From assembly GCA_020184695.1 (NCBI GenBank), contig JAANOX010000142.1, forward strand, positions 1 to 64,000: DNA of 64,000 bases. The letters run 5' to 3'. This DNA comes from Histomonas meleagridis 2922-C6/04-290x. Taxonomy: Eukaryota > Protista > Parabasalia. This document shows, one piece after another, positions 11,461 through 22,000 of the stretch. Below the pieces are notes generated by a model. It saw nothing but the letters and a program-made list of their open reading frames with translations. It was not told where the DNA came from and searched no databases. The first letter of the stretch is position 1. Every line of letters begins with the position of its first letter. The position numbers were made by a program, and so were the translations under genes.

Positions 11461-14400
11461 ATGAAGAATTGTTTGGAAGATCTCTCATCAATAGAGCAGA
11501 CTATATTTAGTCTGAGTAAAGATAACACCGAAAAATCGGCTGAAGCAATCATCAAATTTTTTAGTAACGATTATCCAACATCATTTAATTTTGTCATATG
11601 TCATCTAATTTATTCCTCATTTATTTCCCATGTAGATTTTGATACTTCCCTTCTTTTCATTAAAGAAATTGAATCCAAAGAAGAAAAAATTATGAAGACT
11701 AAGCCCAACATTCTAAACATTTTCTCACAATTTCTTCTTGGCATAGAGACAGAAGAATCAAATTTTCTACTTAGGCAATTAATTGATAAAAACTTAATTG
11801 ATCCTATAAAGATAAGAAACAAGAAGACATTATATTTTGCAGATTATTTGACAAAAGGAATGCTTTACAAATTAAGATATGCTGGGTGTCCATTCAATTA
11901 TCCATTCTTTAAAAATATTGAAAAACTTTCAGAAGACAATTGGAAACTTCATAAGTATTATATAAAACAAGGATATGACACAGAAATTTTAAAAGCTATT
12001 CGAAATGATGATTTAGAAACACTACAAGAAACATCATCACAAATAAAATTTGATATAAATCAAAAGATTGAACCATCACTTTATAATAGACATTCATTCA
12101 TTAATGCAAAAAATGTTTCATTAATCGATTATGCAGCATTTTTTGGATCTGTTAAATGTTTTAAATATTTGCTTATGAATAATGCTAATGTAGAAAATAC
12201 AGGTAAATATGCAGTTGCAGGTGGAAATGCCGAAATCATTCATTTATGTGAACAAAATCATTCAACATTTGAATATGCATATGAAGCAGCAATAGAATTT
12301 CATCAAAATGATATCTTTCAATATCTTTATGATAATAAAATTGGTGAAATTAATAAATTAGAAGTATTAGGGGAAATAGCAATTAAATATGGTAATTATG
12401 AAATATTTTCATTTTTGGAAAGCATTGGAATGAAAGTAAATAATTTTATTGTTTATGAAGCAGCAAAAATTGGTAATATTTTCCTTATTAAATATTTTCT
12501 AGAAAAATATGGTATAATATGTAATTTGATTTCTGCTATTGAATTAGGAAATGTTGAACTTACGAATTTTATTCTTGAAAGAAAAACATTTTCGATTAAT
12601 GAAAAAAATATTTTTTTTGTTTTATTTCGTGTTCTTTTGTGGTATCCAATATTTAAATTCAATATTTGGAGTTTATTTATTATGTTTAAAACACCTTTAA
12701 TGATCATATCTGAAAAAGGTTATTTTGATGTCTTTAAATCACTTCTTCAACAAGATAAAATTGATATTAATGCTAAAGATGATTATTTTTTGTATTTAAA
12801 GTTTGTCTTATTAATTCGAATTTTGTTTATAATATTTGGAAAATATTTAAAATATTTAATACAGCACTTATTTTAGCATCTCAAAATTGTAATTTTGATA
12901 TTGTGAAATTACTTCTTCAACAAAAAGGAATAGATATAAAAGCAGTAAATGTTTTTAAATATTGTTTAATATTTAATTATATTATTTTGGGTATAAAATT
13001 ATGATTTGGAATTTATTTATAAATTTTCAATCTGCTTTCTTATGTACATGTGAAAATGGAAACACAGAAATATTTAGAAAGATTCTTCAGTTACAAAAAA
13101 TTGATATTAATGTTGGAAATGATTCATTTTTGTGTAATATGTTAAAATATATTATTTGATGTTTCATTAAAATATTTGAAATTTTCTACAATCATTTGAA
13201 ACTCCTTTGTTATTAGCAGCCAAAAATGGAAATACTGAAATTGTTAAATTACTTCTTGAACAAAAAGTTGATATTAATGTTATAGATATTTATTTCCAAA
13301 TTTTGCTGTTTATTTAAATAATATTTTATTTCTTTGAAATATTTGGAGTTTTTTTATATATAATAAATCAGCACTTATATATGCATGTGAAAATGGATTT
13401 ACAGAAATTGTTAAATTATTACTTGAACAAGATGGAATTGACGTAAAAATTAGAAATGTTAATAAGTTATATTTAAAGTTGATTTCAAACAATTGATATT
13501 CCAAATTAATATTTGAATTTTTTACTTAATTGGATCAGCTCTTTTATTTGCTGCTAAAAATGGTTATACAGAAATAGTTAAAATGCTTGTTGAAAAGAAA
13601 GAAATTGATATCAATGCCAAAGATATTTAACTATAATATTTGTTTATTATTTAAATATTTTCATATTTATTAATATCTTTTGGAATTTAATTTTTATACT
13701 TTGGACTGCATTTATATATGCATCTTCTAAAGGTTATACAGAAATTGTTGAAATATTACTTAAACAAGGTAAAATAGATATAAATGATAAAGGCATTTAT
13801 TTGATTTATTTGAAGTTAATTTGAAAAATTCGGAGTTTCAAATATATTTTTGGAGTTTTTTTAAATAATATGGAACAGCATTAACTTTAGCATCAAAGAA
13901 TGGTTATACTGATGTAGTTAAATTATTACTTGAACAAAAAGAAATTGATATCAATATTAAAGATATTGTTATATATTAATTGATAATAATTTTAAATATT
14001 TTGGGTTTTATCTCCAAATTTGAAAATTCAGCATTTCTTTATGCAGCTTTAAATGGTTATGTTGATATTATTAAATTATTACTTTTACGTGGAGAAAATG
14101 ATATTAATTCTATAGGTATTTAATTGATATAATTAATGTTTATAACAAATAATTGAAATATCAAAACATTATTTGGAGATTCATTCTATTATATAAAACT
14201 CCTCTTATATGTGCATCATGGAAAGGTCATGTTGAAATTGTTCAATTACTTCTTCAACAAGAAAAAATTGATATTAATGCTAAAGATGTTAAATCTATAT
14301 GATCAATTATTGTTTCAATAATTTTATATTTCGAAATAATATTTGGAATTTATTTAAATTATATCAAACAGCACTTATATGTGCTGCTGAAAAAGGACAT

Positions 14401-15828
14401 ATTGAAATTGTTAAATTACTTCTTAAACAAAATGATTTGAATATCAATGAGAAAAATATTTATTCAATTTAATTAAAGTTTATCATTTTATAATGATATT
14501 TTTTAATAATATTTGATGTTGATTCAAATTATATAAAACTGCAATTATGATTGCTTCTGAAAAATATTATATGGAAATTGTTAAATTACTTCTTGAACAA
14601 AAAGGAATTGAAATTAATTCACATGATTTTTCTTTATTTTATATAAAACTGATTTAAAAATTTTAATGTTTTATCATAATATATGGAAATTAAACATTAT
14701 ATTTGAAACAGCACTTACCTTTGCTTCTAAAAATGGAAATTTGGAAGTCGTTGAAATGCTTCTTAATCAAGAAGGAGTTGATATTAATGCAAAGAATATT
14801 TATTTTAACTTTATAATATTTATTTTATTAATATAATATCAACTAAAAATATTTGGAAATTATTCAATTTATTTTGGAATGCACTAATGTTTGCTTCTAA
14901 TAATGGCCATATAAAAGTTGTTGAATTACTTCTTAATACTGAGAAAGTTGATATAAATTCTAAAAATGTTAAATTGATTTGTTTGAAGATTATTATTTTT
15001 ATTTTATGTTTCAAATATATTTTTGGAATTTTTTTTAGTTTATATGAAACATCACTAATATTTGCAGTAAAGAATGGTTATGTTGAAATAGTCAAATTAT
15101 TACTTGAACAAAAAGAAATTGATTTAAATATTAAAGATATTGATTTATATAATTTGATAATTATTTTAATTATTTTGGGTTTTATCACTAAATCTGGAAA
15201 TTCAGCATTTCTTTATGCAACTATGAATGGTTATGTTGATATTGTTAAATTGTTACTTTCACGCGGAGAAATTGATATTAATTTAATAGGCATTAATTTC
15301 AATTATTTAATGTTTCTAACAAAGAATTGAAATATCAAAACATTATTTGGTGATCCATTTTATTATATAAAACGCCACTCATGATCGCATCTGATAATGG
15401 ATTTTATGCAATTGTTGAAATACTTCTTGAACAAGAAAAAATTGATGTCAATATCAAAACTGCTTCTTTATTTTCACTAAAGTTTATATAAAATGTTTTC
15501 AGTTTTATATAATTTTTTGGTGTTAATTCATATAACATAAAACAGCACTTATTTATGCATCTAGAAAAGGTAACAAAAAAATAGTTGAAATACTTCTTGA
15601 CCAAAAAGAAATTGATATTAACGTTAGAGATATTTAATTATTTTATATAATATTTATTTAAATAATTTGATATTGTAAAATAATATTTGGAAATTTTCTA
15701 ATTTATTTAGTACAGCTTTGGGATATGCTAAGCGAAAAGGGTTTGAAGAAATTATAGAATTGTTACAGAAGAAAGGAATCAATGAGGATAATAATTTCAA
15801 GTATAATCGTACACGTCAAATGAAATAA
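11461..15828 (+). CDS. DUF3447-ankyrin repeat gene, locus A, interrupted by 19 AT-rich spacers
   Basis: The DUF3447 region (SLIDYAAFFGSVKCFKYLLMNNA...KYAVAGGNAEIIHLCEQ) is followed by stop-free 90-nt ankyrin blocks (one of 87 nt). A terminal block 15712-15828 ends RTRQMK*. Confidence 0.8.
12610..15711 (+). repeat. Array of about 170-nt units (90-nt ankyrin block plus 80-nt spacer)
   Basis: Spacer starts (length 80 unless noted): 12610(81), 12781, 12951, 13121, 13288, 13458(77), 13625, 13795, 13965(63), 14118, 14288, 14458, 14628, 14798, 14968(81), 15139(63), 15292, 15462, 15632. Confidence 0.95.
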
Positions 15829-16179
15829 AAAACTTGGAATTTCCAATTTTTTTTTCATATTTTTTTATCAAATTAAATTTAACATTAAGAAGAATAATTT
15901 TTGTATAAGCATAAATGTGTCCATAAAAGTTTTAACATACATTAATATGAACTTAAAAATCTTTATCAAATGTTTATTTTAAATTTAAATGTGAAAACAT
16001 AATTTTATAAATATCTTTATGAAATGTTTTGTTAAAATGCAGAAAACAATTTCAGAACAAAACGAAAAATTATTGAATGGTACGATAGCCACATCAAACT
16101 CTTCCATCAAATTAACAAATTCATCACATAAAAAATCCAAAAATTTCATTGTTTCAGGAATCAAATTTACTTTGCTTTT

Positions 16180-17298
16180 TCATTCATCAACTTCCTCCTG
16201 TTTATCCTCTTCTTCATTTACTTTCTGTTCCTCTTGTTCAGGTTCTTGAACTTGCATATCAATCAGCACTTCCTCAACCTGTTCCTCTTCAGGTATCTGT
16301 TCTGGTTCTGTTTCTGGTTCATGTTCAGGTTCCTTTTGTGCCTGTTTCTGAGGCAACTGTATTGGCTCTTTTCGTTTCGGCTCTTCTTCATTCATTCCTC
16401 TATTATTATATCTCGAAATCAATGAAGACATTTGACCAGTGCTTTCTCTTTGTATGTTAGGCGATGGAGGTGATGAAGGCTTTCCTTCGTACATTGATCT
16501 TGCTCTCTGGAAGCTTGATCCGCCGCTCGGTGGTTGAGGGATTTGGGTCGGAATTGTCTTATATTCATATGTATGGAATTCACCTGTTTGCTCTAACCAA
16601 TCAACTTTCTCATCAAATGTTTCGGGCGTTGGTCCTGTCCATGTTGTGCAGCGCTTTAACGTTGTGTAACTTGCATGTACAACTGGTTGCTCGCGCGGGA
16701 TAAAGTCATGTTGTGCAAGTACTCCTGGACGATTTGGAGTTGAATGTAATTGCTCTAACTTTTGCTTGAACTCTGGCTCTGGTTCGTGTGCTTTCATTTG
16801 TGTGCGCTGTGCTCCGAAGTTAGCTTTTTGTGATGTTACTGCTGGCTTTGGAGATGCTGCAGGTGCAGCCGCTGGTTTTGGTGCTGTTGTAGCTGGTGAA
16901 GCAGCCGGTTTTGGTGAAGCCGGTGCTGCTATTGGCTTAGCAGCAGATGTGGATACTGGTTTTTGCGCTGCAGGTGGAGGTGATACTGGTTTTGGTGCCG
17001 GTGGTGCTGGAGGATCAGCTGGTTTTGCAGTTGGTGCTTGTTTAGCTGCAATAGCTGCTGGTTGAGATGGAGTTGGAGCGAAAGACTTGTTTGCAGCAGC
17101 ATTAGATTTTGGTGCTGCCTTTGTAGTGGATTCTCCAGGAAGAACCCATTTTGTTCCGCCGCTTCCTTGCGGTAAGTTTTTGACGGCATTCATTAATTGG
17201 GAATAACGAGCAGAATTTTGCGTTTGAGCTGGTGTTTTTTGAGGTTCTTGAGTTGTGGAGTTTTCTGCTGCTGGAGGTGAATCGTTTGCTTCGGACAT
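16180..17298 (-). CDS. Pro/Ala-rich and Glu-rich low-complexity hypothetical protein
   Basis: 372-aa ORF with coherent codon usage and no recognisable domain. Confidence 0.7.
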   Translation of the reverse strand: MSEANDSPPAAENSTTQEPQKTPAQTQNSARYSQLMNAVKNLPQGSGGTKWVLPGESTTKAAPKSNAAANKSFAPTPSQPAAIAAKQAPTAKPADPPAPPAPKPVSPPPAAQKPVSTSAAKPIAAPASPKPAASPATTAPKPAAAPAASPKPAVTSQKANFGAQRTQMKAHEPEPEFKQKLEQLHSTPNRPGVLAQHDFIPREQPVVHASYTTLKRCTTWTGPTPETFDEKVDWLEQTGEFHTYEYKTIPTQIPQPPSGGSSFQRARSMYEGKPSSPPSPNIQRESTGQMSSLISRYNNRGMNEEEPKRKEPIQLPQKQAQKEPEHEPETEPEQIPEEEQVEEVLIDMQVQEPEQEEQKVNEEEDKQEEVDE

Positions 17299-18141
17299 TT
17301 CTAAAATGTTGAAGTGAAATTGTCTTTCAATTTTTCACTTTTGTGAGAAAACGATGGTGAAATTTGTGCATTTATGACAAAAATGGGTGATAGGAATTGT
17401 GTTGTTTGATAAAATCTTTTTTTTGGTTTTTGGAACATTAACTGTTTCGTGGCGGATGTGAAAACTATTTATTTGCGCATTTTATTATGGGATTTTTTTG
17501 TTTAACCATTTTGATTTGTCCCATCTGCAGTTAACGATTGTTTTTTACCCAAAAGTAAACAGTCTGTGGACGTTAAGAGATAAAAAGTGAAATAAAAATC
17601 TGACAACGAAATTTTTCTGTCTGATTTGGGTTTAAGCCAGATTTTAATGAATAAACAAGAAATATATTAGAAATATGATGGCTTCAGGGAAAGGCTATAG
17701 AAAGTGGTGATTTATGTTTAAGACAAATAAGATATAATTAAATGTAATGTCAATTTCTTTAAAGATAATTTTGATAAAAAGCCAGTAAATATTTATTGGT
17801 ATAACCAATTCTTTTTAGCAATTTCTCACTAATTAATATGGGCGTAACTATAAGAGAGTAAAAATTAAAAAAAATACCAGTTTAAACGGTCGACAATTTG
17901 GAAAATTATAAAATTTTGGAACAACAATAAACAATAACTCTGTTTTGCACTCAATTGTCACCATAAAACAGGAGTAACTATTCAGTAATGAAAATCATCA
18001 AATGCTAAATTGATCAATTGAATTCAAGATTAAAAAAAATCGTAATACATTAGCTTTGGGGGAAATAGTAACAAACAAATACCTAACGAAACACTGTGTC
18101 AAGAGTTTACGTAACAAAATATACATATAAATTTAGTTTTC

Positions 18142-18720
18142 TTAGCACTTGCATTTGTTATCTTTGACCACCTCAACTTCTTTTTCTTTGCTTTCAGAAA
18201 CTGTTTCTATTGGATGAACCTTATCGAATACAGCTTGAAATAATAAATCAACATTTGTTCCTTCCAATGCTGACGTTTCAAAAAATATAAAACCATTGTC
18301 TTTTGCAAATGAATTTGCAGTGCTTTGGTCAACAGCTCTTTTTTCTTCTAAATCTAACTTATTTCCTACAAGAAAAAGGAAAGATTTTCTTCCGACAGAA
18401 TCTGCAAATGCTCTATACCATTCTGGTATGCTATTAAATGTATCTGCTTCAGTTATATCATAAACAAAAATTCCTGCTGCTGCATTTCTATAATAAATTG
18501 GACCAAGTGCTCGATATTGCTCTTGCCCTGCAGTATCCCATACTTGAACTCTGTAATTTTTTCCTTTGATATTTTTTGAATACTCAAAATTTGAAGGACC
18601 TATTGTTTGTTCATATACCACAGTTTTATGTCCTTTTAAGTATTCGAATAATGCTGTTTTCCCGCAAAATGAATTTCCAATTAAGATTACACGTGGTACT
18701 GGTGCTTCTTGCTCAATCAT
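18142..18720 (-). CDS. Rab-family small GTPase
   Basis: GNSFCGKT P-loop, WDTAGQE, YYRNAAA, GNKLD, ETSA and a C-terminal CKC prenylation motif. Confidence 0.95.
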   Translation of the reverse strand: MIEQEAPVPRVILIGNSFCGKTALFEYLKGHKTVVYEQTIGPSNFEYSKNIKGKNYRVQVWDTAGQEQYRALGPIYYRNAAAGIFVYDITEADTFNSIPEWYRAFADSVGRKSFLFLVGNKLDLEEKRAVDQSTANSFAKDNGFIFFETSALEGTNVDLLFQAVFDKVHPIETVSESKEKEVEVVKDNKCKC

Positions 18721-19092
18721 AAGTTAAAAGGAATTTGACTTTTTACCAACATATAAACATCTCAAAAAGTTGTTTTTTGGGTGAAAAAATAAACTTCTGA
18801 AATGACGATAAAAATTGGTTCTTTTGCTTTATTGTAAATTTATTTTGCAAGCACATGCAATATTTTAATTAAATTATGCACTTAATAAAATAAAAATAAA
18901 CTTTGGTTTCCAAATTTAACAAAAGTAAATGAATCATTTGACTGTACAAATAGTAAAACAAATGTTTTAAACATTTAAGTAAAAACATTTTATAGTAACA
19001 TAAATTACTTACATACAAATATATATTTAACGCCATTAAAAATTACTTTATATTTGGATTTATTTAAGAATACAAAACATAATTTATCATGA

Positions 19093-22000
19093 TTACCACC
19101 AAGGGTACCATCCTCTATACATTTGGCACAAGTTGCTAATTGACGTTGCCTCCGATATCAATCTTTCGACCTGTTTTTTCACGGACATTTGTTTAACCTC
19201 GAACTCATTTCCATTTAATTTATCATAAATTCTTTTCATTATTTTCTCAGGCGTTAACTTTCCATAATTCTCACACATCAGTGACGGATCCGTAATAAAA
19301 GCCTCAAGAAGCACCAAAATTTGCTCATTATTTGTCCTCAATAATTCCATCACATTTTCACAACAACATCGAAAAGTTCCTTCGATCTTCGACACTTCCA
19401 AAGCATTCAACAATACTCTCGTCAATCGAAACGGAACTTTTTCGGGGAACAAATTCCTATTCATCGCCACTTCGAAACAATCACCGAAGTCGATGTGTAT
19501 TAGTTTTGCTGTTCTATTCTTTATCATTATATTACAGAGATGTCTGTCGCCTAATCCGAGTATGTAACCTGCGATCGAAGTAACAGCTAAAGAAGTCGTG
19601 AACAAAACTCTTCTTTCAAGCCAATCATTTGAATCTGTCGAAAACTTCAAAAGAATTCTTTTAAGGTCATCTCCATTTGTTTGTTTTAAGCCCAACAAAA
19701 ACATTTTCTCTTTCTCTTTTCCATTTGGTAATTTATCATAGTTCGGACATGTCTTAAGTGTAACTAATTGTTCAATATCGAAGTTCTTAATTCCATGTGA
19801 AACTCGAAAGTTTCGTATTATTTCATGAAGCGTTTGTGTATCTTGTACCCAACCGATTAATCCATATTTCGATGTAATTGGGACAACGCCATAAGTAGTA
19901 ATTGTCAACTTAGACGCTAATGGTTTCTTCGATTGTTTTATGAAGTTACTAATATAATTAAATAATTGCATTACTCGTTCATCTAATCGTGTGTCTTCAT
20001 TAGCTTTAAGTAAAAATGGATAAATTTTCCCATTCGATCCCAATACATTAATTTTTCGTGGCTTTTGTTTGGAGTTTATTATTTGGATATGATTTAAAAA
20101 TGATGTAATGTATATATCTTCATTACATCCGGGTATAGTTAATTGCGTTTTATTAAGATTAGCTAAAAGTGGTGACGCATCAATTAATTGGAATTCTTTT
20201 AAGTTGGTGATGAATGGATGAATTAATTTATATACTTCAACATATATTGACCAAGCTTGATGAAAATATAAAACGTTTTTAGTTTGAAGATATTCATATA
20301 AAAAGTTTTCCGCGTTTTTTAAGATCGATCCAAACTTCGATATAAATGAAACTTCATAAAGTGTTTTAGGTGAATTTGTGATTAATTTATGTAATGGTAA
20401 AAGGTTTTCGATTGTAGATTGTAAGTTATTACATAAAACATATTGTTTAGATGAGATATCAATATTATTATTCCATAACTCAAACCAAAATGATGCAATT
20501 CGTAACATTTCTTCCGAAAATAATAAAACTTGATTAACAAGTGTTGGTTGACTTAATCGAATTATGTTTATAACTTTCTTTGCTGGTTCACGGATTTCAT
20601 TATTATTCGATAAACAATTTACTAATAATGAATAAAGTACTTTTTGTGGATAAGTTATAGATATTTGTAACAAAAGTTTTTCTAAAATTTCATTTAATTC
20701 AATTAAATTTAATTTGGAAACAATTTGTGGTAATAAAAATAACCAATAACGTGATGATATTTTAGTCAAGTTATTACTTAAAAGTATCGAAAATTCTTTT
20801 GCTTCTTTTACATGATATAAAATAGAAAATGTTTTCAACGTGAAATTTAATGGATTTTTAGGTCCATTAATTAATCCATTAATTAAAGCTTGTAATGATT
20901 CATATAAATATTTCGGACATTGATCACGATGAAATAAGATTAAACTAATTCGTGATAAATAACCCCAATATTCAGATGAGTTCGAACATAATTTTGTGGA
21001 ATCACTTAAATATTCATAAGCTAAATCATGCATCGATTGTTGTAAACACCATATCCCTAATGTATATAAATAACGTGGTAATAATTTCGATGTTTTCGAG
21101 ATGTTTTGAATTAATAATTTTAACTTTTCAATTGCTTCTTTTTTCGAATTTGAATTCCATAACATTAAACTTTGTGAAAATTGGACTTCTGGTAATTGAA
21201 GATTTACATGTTTTAATGCTATTTCTCCAAGTTGTGTTTTACCTTTTAATGATTCTTTCTCGAGGAATTGAAGCCAATATTCACTAAGTTGTGATTCATT
21301 TAATAATAATGAACGTATACATAATGTTTCATACATTGCTTTCGTGGAATCACTTAATTGTTCAAAGCGAGATTTCCAATCTTTTAATATTTTATTTACA
21401 TAATTTTCATAATGTTTTCTTTCTTTAGGATTTGGACTATTTTTAATATATTCGATTTTCTTGATTTCAATTATGTCCTTAATTTCAGAGATAATTGTAG
21501 CATTAATTAATATATCATAACATTTTTCATAATCTTCGAAAATCATTGGGAATAATTGTGGTATATATTCAATGTTTAATTTTTCTATTAATATTTCCGC
21601 GTTATTTAAATCATTCATATAAACATTATCAATAATTTTATAAAAAATTGTTTTTTGATCATTCGAATTTAATTTGTTGATGATGATATGTAACTTATTA
21701 AAATTTAACATATGAAAACAAGCAGAAGCAGAATAAATTGATATATCATCCTTAGTTAATTCATATAAATCTTTATATCTTGATAAAGCTTCAAGACATT
21801 TCATTTTACCTTTGATTATATTTTCATCATTATTATTCATTTTACAATATGATTCATATGCTTCTTCCCATAAACCTAATTTTTCCGCTAAGCTTTCTAT
21901 GGATTTATTAACTGTACTAATACGTAAGATACCTTTAGCTGCTAAAGGTAAACCTAATTGTAAATTTAATGATATCAAATTCTCAATTGATTTTTGTGAG

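Noticed and set aside
12610-15711. CRISPR-like repeat-spacer appearance of the 170-nt arrays
   Set aside because: The repeats are variable protein-coding ankyrin blocks, the spacers are homologous to each other, there are no cas genes, and the context is eukaryotic.
12781-15711. Stop-codon reassignment or readthrough as the explanation for the spacers
   Set aside because: Both TAA and TGA occur at variable positions, most spacers also shift the frame, and ordinary genes in the window end normally in TAA, TAG or TGA.
16019-17189. Several short ORFs overlapping the Pro/Ala-rich gene
   Set aside because: They are shadow ORFs of a low-complexity, relatively GC-rich CDS.
17300-18140. Long intergenic region searched for ncRNA or transposon ends
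   Set aside because: No convincing stem-loop set, terminal inverted repeat or coding relic could be recognised by eye.
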